Source: Guillardia theta CCMP2712 (Eukaryota > Protista > Cryptophyta). From it: 64,000 nucleotides of DNA. The notes below the pieces were generated by a model. The model saw only the letters and a list, made by a program, of their open reading frames with translations, had not been told where the DNA came from and ran no database searches. Where the stretch lies: contig NW_005434547.1 in the NCBI RefSeq assembly GCF_000315625.1, positions 86,140 to 150,139 of the forward strand, read 5' to 3'. Shown here one piece after another: positions 36,401 to 49,320 of this stretch (position 1 is the first letter of the stretch; each line of letters opens with the position of its first letter). A program made the translations under genes and the position numbers.

Positions 36401-39400
36401 CGGACGAGGAGCGAGACGAGGAGCTTGCCCGTCCCACTCCCAACAGAATCTACGCCATCGCCGACGCCTTCTACAACGCTGGGTACTCGGTCGACCGCAT
36501 CCACGAGATCACCAAGATTGACCGATGGTTCTTGAGCAAGCTCGAGTACCTCGCTGTCCTCTCCAACGATCTCTGCAACTACAACAAGGAGACGGTTCCC
36601 AAGAACATGGTGCTCCTGGCCAAGAAGGCTGGCTTCTCCGACTGGCAGATCAGCAAGAGGATCGGCTGCTCTGAGGCTGAGGCCCGCAAGCTGAGAATCG
36701 GGATGGGCATCACTCCAGTTGTCAAACAGATTGACACCCTTGCGGCCGAGTTCCCAGCTCAGACCAACTATCTCTACATGACCTACAACGGAGCTGAGAG
36801 TGACGTTACCTTCGACGACCATGGCATCATGGTTGTGGGTTGCGGGACTTACAGGATTGGAAGCAGCGTCGAGTTTGACTACGGCTCCGTGCTGTGCCTG
36901 CGCACTTTGATTGCTGAGGGCAAGAAGACCGTCATGATCAACTGCAACCCGGAGACTGTGTCGACTGACTTCGATGAGAGCCACAGGTGAACATGAAGAG
37001 GAAGAAGGGGGAGGGGGAGGGGGAGGGAGGGGAAGTCTGGGGGATAGAGTGAGAAAGGTTGAGGTCAAGGGGCTTGTTGTGATCTAGTTTTCCCGTGTTG
37101 CTGTACTCCTCCTCTTCTTCTTCTTTCTCCTTAGCCTTCTTCACCTGTCGATCTTCCCTCCCCAGCTCTAACTCACACACGCAGGCTCTACTTCGAGGAG
37201 CTGAGCTTGGAGAGAGTCCTCGACATCTACGAGGTCGAGGGCTGCACCGGAGCTGTCGTGTCCTTCGGAGGACAGATCCCCAACAATCTTGCCCTCCCGC
37301 TCAAGGCCAACGGGGCCAACGTGCTGGGAACTACCCCCGAGATGATCGACGGGGCTGAGGACAGGCAGAAACATTCCGCAATGCTCGACGAGCTTAAGAT
37401 CGACCAGCCTGCCTGGTCGGAGCTCAAGACCTTTGAGGAGGCTCAAGGGTTCTGCAACAAGGTGAGGAGAGGGAGGGAGGAAAATGGGGAAGGTGAGGAT
37501 GGAAAGATGTAAAGGAGAAACGCGATGAATGAAAGTGAAGAGGAGGAAGAGTAGGAGGAAGAGTGATGGTATTGGGAGGAGGGTGGTTAACGCGTCTTCA
37601 GGTTGGATATCCCGTGCTAGTCCGCCCGTCCTACGTGCTGAGTGGAGCAGCGATGAATGTCGTCCGCTCCGAGGCAGAGCTCAAGAAGTTCCTTGACATG
37701 GCAGTTGAAGTGTCCGAAGGTGTGAGGAGGGGGAACAAGTAGTGGGAGAAGGGTGGGGGACGAGGAGGAGAACGAAGGAGAGGGGGGAAGGGGGAGACTT
37801 CAAGGGAGGAGGACGGGGATCAGGACCGGGCTGATCACACAGCAGATGCCCCTGTGGTGATCACCAAGTTCATCGAGGGAGCTGAGGAGGTGGACATCGA
37901 CGCTGTTGCTGACAAGGGAAAAGTCATCGCGTATGCGATCGCTGAGCACATCGAGCAGGTGAGCCTGCTCAATCCTCACCTGCTCTTCTTCTGCTCCCCT
38001 TCTGCTTCTTTCCGCAGCTTCCTTCTTCTCTCCTCGATGCTTTGCTCATGCTGGCCATTTCCTTTCATCCTCAATTGCCACTCCTACTCTCCTCCCCCTT
38101 TCTCCACCAATTCCACCACCTGCATTCCTCATTGTTCTCAGTTCTCTCTCCGTCCTTGCTTCCTCTTCCTCTTCCTCTTTCTTCTCACGTCTCTTGACTC
38201 AGGGTGGCGTCCACTCTGGAGACGCTTCTCTCGTCCTTCCGGCCCGCGACATGCCCAAGGATGTCTTCCTCCGTCTCCGCGACATCGTCTTTAAGGTCGC
38301 CGAGAGGCTCGAGATCACTGGACCTCTCAACATGCAGGTGACGTTTTCTACCTCCTTTCCCCTTCTCTTCCTCCTCTTCTCCTCTTCCACCCACTTTTCA
38401 TCTTCCTCCTCCTCCTCCTCCTCCTCCTCCTCCTCCTCCTCCTCCTTGCTTCCTTCTGTTCCTAACTCCTGGTGTAGGTTTTGTGGTGCCCCGACGGGTC
38501 TTTGAAGGTCATTGAGACCAACGTCAGAGCGTCTCGTTCCCTTCCCTTCTCTAGCAAGGTGACGAGCGAGACAGTCGCACGACTTTGCTTTCTGCTCCAT
38601 TCTCGTCATGGATGCCACAAACGCCCTTCATCTTCTTGCTGTCCTGCTTACTCCTCCTCCCCTTGCTCCTTCTCCTGACTCCCTTGTCCGACTCTCCTCA
38701 CGCTGCTCTTACTCCTCCTCCTCCCCTTGCTCCTTCTCCTGTCTCCCTTGTCCTACTCTGCTTCACCCTCACGCTGTTCCAGGTGCTTCAGGTCGACATG
38801 ACTTCCCTCGCTACTCGCGCCATCATCGGTCACTCGCCGGCCAACGCGCTCGAGGTGATGAGAATGTCTCAACCTGTTACCATCAGAGCATGTCGGAGAT
38901 GTCAAACCTGATCAGAGATGAATTGTGCTGATACATCCGATCTGAACAATCCAACGCTGAGACAAGCTCGTTCTATCCTCTCCTTTCTCTCTTTCCCTGT
39001 ATCCCTCGCTCTTGCTTTGCGTCTCTCCTTCTCATAATGACCTACTTGGCTGCAGATTTGCGACAAGCAGCAGGAGCTGCCTTACGTGGGCGTCAAAGTC
39101 CCTCAGTTCTCCTTCAAGCGCCTGCCAGGAGCTGACCCAACTCTCGGCGTTGAGATGTCTTCAACTGGTACCTCTTCATTCCTCCTCTCCTCCACTTCCG
39201 TTGCTCTCCTCTCCGCTCCTCTCCTCTCCCCTTTCCCCCTCTCCTTCCTCTCCTCTCCTCACGTGTTGTTTGCTTTCTCCCCTCCCTCGACTGACGTACT
39301 GCAGGTGAGGTCGCTTGCTTCCATCAGAACAAGCACGGCGCCTACCTCAGAGCGTTGCAGTCTACTTACATGAAGGTAACTATCTGCTCCTCTTCTGCTC

Positions 39401-40582
39401 TTCCTCATCTTCCTCGTCCTTCTCTTCTTGCTCCTCCTCCACCTCCTTCTTCCCCTCTTGCTTCTTCCTCCTCCTCCAATTTCTCTGAGCCTCCTGTGCT
39501 ACTTTCCTTCCTCTCTTCGCTCGTCCTTCGCTCACTACCTCGCTTTAGATCGCCGCCCCTGGCGAAGGCGTCTACGTGGTTCTGCCCGAGGACAGGCAGG
39601 GCGAGGGGCGCAAGGCGAAGGCGGTGGAGGCAGTCAAGAGCTGGCAGAAGCTGGGCTACGACATGTACTGCGGGGAGAGAGACATGGCGATCCTTGAGAA
39701 GGCGGGAGTGAAGGTGAGACACGGAGAGGGAGTGGAAAGGGGAAGTAGGAGCAAGGGGGAGAGGAGAGAAGAGCGAAGGAGAGGAGAGGAGAGTGAAGGA
39801 GCGGAGAGGAGACAGCATAGGGGAGAGGGTGGAAGGTGACGGGGGTGCAGGGCTTCACAAAGCTGGAGCATGCGATGAAAGAAGGAGAGAATCGCCTCAA
39901 GAGTCCAGCAGTGAAAAGCATCAAGGAAGGCAAGATCAAGCTTGTGCTGGAGATGAGGTGAAGTTTTCTCTGTCCTGTCCGCCGTCTTCTCACTCCCCTC
40001 GTTCTCCAGCCACAGCAAGGCTGAGCTCTTCTACGTCCTCCGTCGCTCCGCCGTAGACTTCTCCTGCTCCTTGATCACCAACGTTGAGCAGGTAAATCTT
40101 CATCCTCCTCTTCCTCCTTCCCTCCCTCCTCCCTTCATTCTGCTTCCTCTATCCACTCTCGCTTCCCCTTTCCTTCCTGCTAGTTATCGTCATCTCACCA
40201 GCCCCCCTCGTATTTTCCTTCCTCCTTCCTCTGTCACTCCTCCCGTCCTTGCAGCAAGATCTCCATCTGATCGGTTGCTGACATTGTTGGTTGACTTGCA
40301 GAGTTTGCTCATGGCACAAGCTTTGGAGATGCACGGCTCTGATGAGGGAGTCGTACCAAGGTGAGAAGGAGGAGATGGGAAGAGGAGGGAAGGAGAGATT
40401 GAGAGGAGGGAGAGGAGGAGGAGGAGGAGGTGGAGGAGGAGGAGGTTGTGATGTGAAAGGAGGAAGAGGGTGTACGGAGAGGATGTTGAAGTTAGCTGAC
40501 CAAATTGTGCAGGGGAAAGTTCAAGGAGGGGGACATAGCAGAGGTTGAGACCTACGCTGAGTTCATGGAGATGAAGGAGTGA
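33407..40582 (+). CDS. CPS1: Carbamoyl-phosphate synthetase, fused glutaminase + synthetase, with a mitochondrial-type presequence; many exons
   Basis: [123 protein letters not shown]; ends ...[10 protein letters not shown] at 40582. Confidence 0.97.
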
Positions 40583-40819
40583 AGAGGAAGGAGAGAAGTC
40601 TTAAGATGTAGATGAGGATAAGGATGAAGATGGTAAATTCATGAAAGACTGGACATATTCTTCCTTGTCTCGTGCTTTTAGCGTCTTGGTCTATCCGTCT
40701 ACTGCAAGAAACAGTCAAGAGCATTTGAGGAGGAGGTGAGATCATGAAGTTGCAAAGGAGAGAAAGGAAGAGATCAATGAGGGGGAGGGAGGGAGGGAGG
40801 GAGGGAGGGAGGGATTTAA

Positions 40820-43033
40820 GAGGAAGAGGACGACGAGGACGTAACGAGTACCACTGAGGTGGATTGAGGAAATTTCCATCCGAATTGTCGGTATATGGGC
40901 CGAAGATCTTCGAGACTACAAGAGGAGAATCAAGGAGGGCAGGGGAGGGCAGGGGAGGGCAAGGGAGGGCAGGGGGAAGGGATGAGAAGAGGAGGTAGGG
41001 GAAGCAGGAGGAAAGGAGGGGAGGGATAGTAGAGGGAAGGAGGGAGAGAACGAGACAGTACCAGAGAGGCTCAACGAACGTTCGGATGCGCTTCCTGATC
41101 CACCACTCGCCTGCGCAAGAATCACGGGAGAGCCAGGAGGGAGGAGGGGAACGGAGCGAGGCAGGCAGGGAGGCAGGAAGGCAGGGAGGCAGGGAGGCAG
41201 GAAGGCAGGGCAGGGAGGAGAAACCTCGAGCAGCAGCGTCGGAGCCAGGAGGAGCATACTCGTAAAGATACAAGGAAGCGCGGACAAACTGAAAGATGTT
41301 GATAAGAAATGGAGGAAGGGAGGGAGGAGGGAGGAGGGAGGGAACTAACGATGAGATTGGAGGTAGAGGGGAAAGGAGAAAAGGAAAACTGTGAGTGTGA
41401 ATAGGAAGAAGGAAGGTTATAAGGTAGGGTGACAATGGCACAGGAGGAAAGCAGGGAAGAAACGGAAGGGGGAAGGACGAGGAGGAAGAGGAGGAAGAGG
41501 AGGAAGAGGAGAACGGCCGGGGGGGCGGGGGGGAACGAGGAGGAGCGACAGGGAGGAAAGATCAGGATAGGACCTTCGGGGGATTTGCGTCTTGGAACGG
41601 ATTGTGTCGTATGAGAGCTGAATAAAGCGAAGGTGAGGTAAACAGAGAAAACGAGGAGGACAAGACAGAAATACAGGAGAGGAGAGGAGAGGAGAGGGGA
41701 GGAGAGGAGAGGAGAGGGGAGGAGAAGAGAGGAGAGGAGAGGAGAGGAGAGGAGAGGAGAGGAGAGGAGAGGAGAGGAGAGGAGAGGAGAGGAGAGGAGA
41801 GGAGAGGAGAGGAGAGGAGAGGAGAGGAGAGGAGAGGAGAGGAGAGGAGAGGAGAGGAGAGGAGAGTATAACAACGGGATTGAGGGAGAGGAGGGAAGAG
41901 GAGGTGAGAAGGAGAGAGGGGAGAGGGAAGAGGAAAGGAAGAAACAAGGAATTGCAGATGCTGTTACACTCACGCAGAACGTTCTTGTCGTTGTCCAGGA
42001 ATTTTCCTATGAGATGATAAAGCCTTGCAGACATCTCAGAGACGGCAAAGCAGGAGATCAAGGCAGGAGGAGGAAAGGAGGGAAAGTCAAAAGCCAAAGG
42101 GTGGGATGTAGGAAATTTGAAGGTGAGCAGCAAAGGAAGAAGTTGTTGTCGTTGGAGAGGACGAGGGGTAACAAGAAGAGGGAGAGGAAGGATGGCGCAG
42201 GATGAAGAAGAAAAAGAAGGAGGGAGAAAGCATTCGAGAGCAAGCAGAAGCAAAGGAAAGGGGGGGGGGGGCGGAGGAGGCGAGGAGAAAAGAAAAGGAC
42301 GAGAGGAAGAGGAGGACGACGAGGACGAGGACGAGGACGAGGACAAGCACAAGGACAAGCACAAGGACAAGATCAAGGAAGAGGAGGAGGGGGAGGAGGA
42401 GGAGGATGGGGGTGGGAGGATCAAAAGATTACCATGGGTTTCGTCTTGGGTCCGAGAACGGAAGAAACCACATGAGCCAATCCAGCCTGAGTGAGAAGCA
42501 AATAAGAATGGAGGAGAGGAGAACAAGTAGATGAGAGAAGATGAGATCAGAAAGATGAGATCAGACAAGACAAGACAAGACCAGACAAGACAAGAGGTGA
42601 GAGCAGATGGCAAGAGGGAGATAATGGAGTAGGAGAAAGGAGAGGAGCACAAGGAAAAGAAAAATAGAAGAGAGGAGACGAGAGGGGAGAGAGGAGGCAA
42701 CATAACAAGAACAAGCATGATGACCTGTAGTGATATGGAGAGATCCACTGCAAAAGAAAATCAGAGCAAGAAATGAGGAGAAAGAGAGGAAGAAAGAAAG
42801 CAATTGAGAAGATGAAGAACGTGGTGTGAGCAGCAGCAACATCAGAGCCGAAATGGGAAAGGAGGATGTCGAACAGAAGGAGATTGGCGGAGAGGAGGAG
42901 GAGGAGGAGGAGAGAAATGTACTGGAGGTCTGCGGGAGGTTTCGCTAGGCTTGACTTTGAAGAGATACTCCTTCCACTCCACTTTCTCCTCATCCTCCTC
43001 GTCTAGATCGGCATAGGTTCCCTGATGCACGAT

Positions 43034-43128
<95 letters not shown>

Positions 43129-43556
43129 AGAAACCTCTATCACAACTTCTTCTCTCTCTCTCGTTATGGAGCCAAAAGCTCCATAGGTGTTGAGGAGCTT
43201 CCAAGAGCCGAAGGATGTGTTCATGACTGAACATAGAAGCTAGTGAGAGGAGGAGAACGAGGGCAGAGAGGAAGAGGAAGAGGAAGAGGAAGAGCAAGAG
43301 CAAGAGCAAGAGCAAAACAACGAGCAAGACAAGGAGATACAGCCGAATTACCTTGATTCTTCGAGAGAATGTTCTGAACAACAGGAGCACTGAGATAAAC
43401 AAGAAGCGCGCAGAGGGCAAAGTAAATGCCTGTGAGGTAGTCCTTTTAGATGCAGCATGAACCAAAAGCTTGGCTTGCGAGAACCATAATTACCATCATC
43501 ATCATCATCGCCATCATCATCATCATCATCTCTATCATCATCATCATCGTCGTCAT

Positions 43557-43614
<58 letters not shown>

Positions 43615-45757
43615 GAAGAAGACGAAGAAGCATCATCATCTCAATCATCATCGTCGACATCACTATCTTCATCCGCCAACTTTCATTGCAATTTCATGAC
43701 CTTCTCTTGCAATTGTGAATGGACTCCAGCTTACAACCTGACTGTTCAACATTTGAACCTAAAAATGATTGTCAAATCAATCGATGTCCTCTCATCCTCC
43801 TTTCTTTTCTTCATGCTCCCCATCCGTCGCATCCCTCCACGCCTTCTCCTCCTCCTCATCCTCTTACCTGCGAGATAGTCTCCGCAGAAAACAGAAAGCT
43901 CAAGAAGTTATCATTGAGACACAAGATGGGAGGAATGACTTGAAAACAAAGTCAGATGGGTGAGCAAGAGACATTCTAGCCTCAACAACATCCTCAACTT
44001 CAACGTCGACTTCAACATAATCACCATCAACAATAACAATAACAACTTCAACACTAACTCACGAGTCAGCCAGTTCAAGAAGCTCAGGTTGCCCGACAGG
44101 ATAAGAGTAATCTGGAACAAGATCTGCACCATCCCCCCAAACACAACGAGGGCAGTCACAGGGAGCAAGATCAGGAACGGCAGGGGGAGCTCCACAATGT
44201 GATTCATCATAGTCTCAAACTTGTGCCACCACACAGGACTGAAGTGGAGGAAGTAGCTGAAAGGGTTGGGGACTGGTTGCGTCTCGTAGTGGTAGCACAT
44301 TGCCTATTAGAACGTCAGGTAGTGACGTCGACAGCAGCAGCAAGGCGAGGTTTTGGAGGAGAAGGAGAAGGAGAAGGAGAAGGAGAAGGAGAAGGAGAAG
44401 CAGAAGCAGAAGCAGAAGCAGAAGCAGAAGCAGAAGCAGAAGGAGCAGCAGGAACAGAAGCAGAAGCAGGAACAGAAAAGGAGGAGTATGAACTGAATGG
44501 TCTAGGTTGTTGATGGTTGTCTATGAATTTTCAACACCTCTTGCCTCTTCTTATCTCAACCTTCTTAGCTCAACCTCATCCCCTCCTTCCCCGCACCCTT
44601 CACACGTCATCGAACCCCTCCTCTATCCTTCAAATCCCTGCCTCTGCGCTATCCCGCAGGTCATCCCTGACACCTCCACTCCACTGCCTGCGCTCCTGCC
44701 CCCTCCCTCTTCCTCTCACCGTCAAGTCCCTCCAGCAGGAGTCCCCCCTGATCTTGATCATACCAGCTCCCAGCATGATCCGCCACGTCAGCCACCGCAT
44801 CGCCCACACGCACACCCATGGCGTCGGGCAGCCAGGAGGTAGAGCTGACCAGCAGAGCAAGGGAGACATGAAAATAGAGATGAAGCCGGTCTCTAGCAGC
44901 TGAGACTCCCAACCGAAGCTGTACCACCGCTGTCCTACCGTGTTGATCGAGTGGTACATGGTCCACAGCAGCAGCTGAACCAGCACGTTGCTCCCTCCAA
45001 CCACCATGACCGCAAGCGACAGGCACATCCCCGTCGCTGCCATACCGGACATCCAGCGATCCACTTGGTCCGGTTTGGCGAGCCAGAGGAGGGTGGGGTA
45101 CTCGTTAAGCATGTTCCAGGTACATCCCTGCTCCGGCCAGTCGTTCATCCTCCTGACCCTCTTCAAGTATAAGTCGACAGGAAGCAGCCCGTTGCTTCCT
45201 AACAGCCCGCTGTTCTGAAACAAGGCCACAGCAAAGGCAACCAAGTAGACGAGGCCCAGCATGCGGAAGAAGACGATCCTGCTCAGCCAGAAGGACTGGG
45301 ATAGGGTGGCAGCCTGCCCCCACAGCAGAGGGAGGGAGAAGGAGAACAGAACGACGCTGAGCAAGGCGATCAAGACTGCGGTATTGAAGTCAACGTCCAC
45401 TCCGATCTGCGGTCGCCCCCTCCTGCTGTATTTGGCTTCGTTCCCTTCCTTTGTGAACACACTGGAGAAGATCCTCCCTCCTCCTCTAAGCAGCTTCAAG
45501 GGATTCCACGACATCGTGACCTCCTGCCTACCCCGTCGGGATGACGCGAATTTCATTCGCTTCCTCGCTGCCTCCTCACTATCATGCTCAGGAGAGCTCG
45601 ACCCTCGCTTCCGAGCAAAGCCTCCCCCCACGTCAATGAAGCCACATCCTCCTGACTTGCCTCTGCGCAACCAGCCATGCTGAGCCGGGTACAGACTGCT
45701 GCCTATGTCCGGAAGCCAGCCAAGCCAACAGCAGAGGAGTAGGATTGAAGGCCTCAT
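40820..45757 (-). CDS. LMF1: Lipase maturation factor family membrane protein; last exon uncertain (40560-40860)
   Basis: GLLGSNGLLP, WYSFGWESQLLETGF, GAGMIKIRGDSCWRDLT, YHYETQPVPNP, SGNLSFLNWLT, NTYGAFGSITRER, WKEYLFKVKP. Confidence 0.93.
41675..41865. repeat. (GGAGA)n microsatellite in an LMF1 intron
   Basis: Direct reading. Confidence 0.97.
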
Positions 45758-45956
45758 GCCTTCCACAGGCTACAGTCAGACTGTCCCAGACCCTCTCTCC
45801 TTTCTCCCCGTTACGAATAGACAACCATGCGGCGGCACGAATGCTGCACCAACATTCAGAACATTGTATTTGCGTGTCTTTGCAGTCAACTTTCCTTCTT
45901 GAGTCCTTCTGTACCCTTCTGAAATAATCCTTTCTATTCACCATCCTTCCTATGAC

Positions 45957-46056
45957 NNNNNNNNNNNNNNNNNNNNNNNNNNNNNNNNNNNNNNNNNNNN
46001 NNNNNNNNNNNNNNNNNNNNNNNNNNNNNNNNNNNNNNNNNNNNNNNNNNNNNNNN
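45957..46056. other. Assembly gap (100 N) next to (CCCT)n
   Basis: N run. Confidence 1.
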
Positions 46057-46403
46057 TCCCCTCCCTCCCTCCCTCCCTCCCCTCCCTCCCTCCCTCCCTC
46101 CCTCCCTCCCTCCCTCCCTCCCTCCCTCCCTCCCTCCCTCCCTCCCTCCCTCCCTCCCTCCCTCCCTCCCTCCTCCTCCTCCTCCTCCTCCTCCTCCTCC
46201 CTCCCTCCCTCCCTCCCTCCCTCCCCTCCATAGAACCAAAAATCAGTTTCGATCGATCCGCCCCAAAAGGGTCTGAGATGGGATGAGGTATCTATTCATC
46301 GGACTACTTTATTGCTCTAGATCTGTGCATCTGTCACAGATCTAGAGCAATATCCGAATCTGTTCTACTTCTAGGATGATCTATTTTCGGGCGGTGCTCG
46401 AGG

Positions 46404-48957
46404 ATGCGGCGAGCGGCTTCGGGGGCAGCGGCCATGGCGCTGCTGCTCACAATCGCGTTGCTCATGCAGGAAGGGCGACGAGAGGAAGAAGAGCAAGTGC
46501 CGGAAGACGTGGGACAGGTGAAGATACAGCATGAATCTCTCGATCGTGGGGAGAAGGAGCTGAAATGGCCGAAATGGAGACAAAGTTTTTCATGGCCGGG
46601 GAGGAAGGGAGTGGAGGAGCTTCAGGAAGATGAGAAGGGAGGAGGAGGGAAGTACTCGAGAACTCAGTTGCTGCTCTCGGATGACAGGAAAGCGCTCGCT
46701 CTCTCCCGCCTTGCGAGGAAGAACATGCAAGACTTGATGAGAGAGCACATGGATGGAAAAGCTGCCATTGAGGGGAGGCTGCTGAAGGAAGAGGCTTCTC
46801 GACAGATCGACCATGAAGAAGCGCAGGATCTGGAAGCAGAGCGTCTGAGGTCAGCGATCCATGCTTTCGAGCATGGCGTGCCTGCGGACATCGCGCGCAA
46901 GTTCTCCAGGGTCCGCTCCGAGCTCAAGTCGTCGGCGCAGGGTGTCGGCAGGTATGCAGCATCGTCCTTGAAGAGTGCGCAGAGGGACTTCGAGAGTGCG
47001 CTGAAGGGATCCATGGCGAGGGGGAGGCAGACGCTCCAGTCCTCTGCTTCCTACAACCGCGATCGGTATCCCTCCGGCTACATCGACTGGCAAGCCCGTT
47101 ATGAGAGGTGCTGGCCGCATTGTGCGCCTGAAGACAATGTGTACGATCACATCAGGACATGGAAGTATCCGTATGATGAGCGGCATGGTGGGCACGAGTG
47201 GAAGACATGGAGGATCAAGCCGAGTGGGGTGGATCGGGCGTACCAGAAGGCGGAGCAGAGCGGGAGGAGGGAGCATAGGAGCAAAACGCCCTTGTATCCT
47301 CGCATGAAGGCGAGCGCTGGTTTCGATATGAATGTGTACTGGACGCAAAGTCAGGTTGACCTCCAGTCGGCCGTGAGTGTGGCGGCAGGAAAGAGCAACG
47401 TGTCCTTGTACACAGCACATGTTGACCTCGCTGATCAGCAGCCTTTGCTCAATTCTGTGAGCGAGAGCACCAATGGCCTTGTTGTCTGGAGTGGATTTAT
47501 CTTTGTCAATGCTGGTGGGGAGTACACCTTCACTCTGAACGCAGACAGCGACTCTGCAATCTGGATAGACCATCAACAAGTGACAGCAACAGATGGCGGT
47601 AAAGGCACCGCGACGACATTTCTCCTTCCCGGCTTTCACTTCTTCAAAGCAATATTCTGCAAAGTCTCAGACCGTCACGTCATGACTGTGAGGTCTTTCG
47701 GCCCGGACACCGGCGGCGTGGAGAAACTCGTGGAGGGTTTTCACGACTTCAACCAACTTCCAAGCCCACAGGTAAGAACCTACGTACACTGCCTGCCCTT
47801 ACTCCCCCTTCTCTGTGTACCTCACATGCAGAAGCAGAGCCTCGAAGGCGGAATTGTTTGACATGACTGTGACAGGAGCCACACGAGAGTCCGGCATCGT
47901 CACAGGCGTCCGCCCCCCATCAAGATCCCGACGCCCCGGCAAGCTCCCACTCGTCGTTCCATCACGTCGAACCTGAAAAGAACGTTTGGGATCATATCAC
48001 CGACCAGTTTGACTCGCCATCGAGCGGGCGCCGCTGGTCTGATCCTGCAAGTGATCCTCAAGGATACTACGACAATGTCCTTGGGGATGGCAACGATGGC
48101 GACTTTGTCCCCCTCTTCCAGGAAGTTCCATCCCCTGATCCCACCGCTCCTCCTCTGGACCCTCCTACTCCTCCACCGCAGGATCCTCCTTCTCCTTCTC
48201 CGCAGGAAGAGCCTCTTCCTGCTCCAGAGAACTCCCCTGCTACCTCACAGGATCCTGACGCCGACGAAGCATCAGAGTCGGTCGCAGGAGGCAGCAGCTC
48301 CAGGCTGAAGATGAAGGGGAAACTTGAGATCCTCCATCAGCTCGCTAGCAGGAAGGCCGCGGCATCTTTGAAGATACCCATGGTCCGAACAAGCCCGGAG
48401 GCTCCGGTTGCCAAGAAGTCCAGCAGGAGCTCAGCTCTGAATCAGCCACATCATCAGGCCGTGGGACGGAAGGGCATGAAACAGACTTCGAAGCTGATAG
48501 CTGTTGGAGGATGGGACGCACAAAGTGGTGAGATCTGAGGAGAGCAGGAGGAGAGAGAGGAGAAGGAGGAGGGGCAGGGGCAGGGAGCAGGAGGAGAGAG
48601 AGGAGAAGGAGGAGGGGCAGGGGCAGGGAGCAGGAGGAGAGAGAGGAGCAGGGCAGTTGCTGACGACGAAACTGCAGGCCAGGTTCAGCAGGAGAACATC
48701 AAGCAGATGAAAGTTGTCGGGTAAGACGTCTTCGTTTCTTGCTTCCAGGGCTCGTTACTCACTTGCTCTCCCTCCTCCTTCCGTCCTTGCAGATTTTTCG
48801 CACAACAGGCCGCAAGCTCGTTGACGGGACAGCCACCTGTCGCTGTGGTAGGCAGACTGCCTGATTGAGCTAGCGAGTGACGTTTGCGCAGTCTCGGGTC
48901 GACCAGCGGTCCTTTATCCTCGGAGTCACAGCTCCTGACAAGTCGTCAACCCTGTAG
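46404..48957 (+). CDS. Secreted or signal-anchored protein with a PA14-like domain and a Pro-rich stalk
   Basis: Hydrophobic N-terminus; VVWSGFIFVNAGGEYTFTLNADSDSAIWIDHQQV...LLPGFHFFKAIF fits PA14; GT-AG splicing gives an open frame to TAG 48957. Confidence 0.8.
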
Positions 48958-49320
48958 AGGTGCCAAGGAGGACGCGATGTGGAGAAAGAGGAACGATGTG
49001 CGATTGTCCAGGTGCTAAGCAGACCTACGACAAGGGACTTTCTTATTGTTTGCTGTAAATATTATTCTTTGAAATTATGTAAATCCTTCAAACGTGATAT
49101 GAGATGGTCTCTGCAAGAGATAATGTTTTGACGTCATGTGTTTACTTCTTGATTTGTTAAGTGTCCGAAGGAAAAGTGAAGTGGCTTGAGGACAGGGCTG
49201 GCAACCTGAAGCTATCGATTTGACTGTTTGGTACATAGTTCATTCTATACAACAAAAACCTTAAAGAGGGATGGGTTAGTATGTCAGTATTGATCTCTTC
49301 CGCAAGTTCGCAGAAGCTGG

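Noticed and set aside
34844-37068. Long antisense ORFs over CPS (also over DnaJ and the PA14 gene)
   Set aside because: These are shadow frames caused by GC3 bias.
33407-40582. CPS as a CAD/URA2 fusion
   Set aside because: The frame stops at 40582, and no DHOase or ATCase motifs follow.
41122-43878. Long poly-Leu/Ser/Pro ORFs (also at 234-1065, 3900-4900, 17975-18346 and 61600-63138)
   Set aside because: They are translations of microsatellites and intronic low-complexity DNA.
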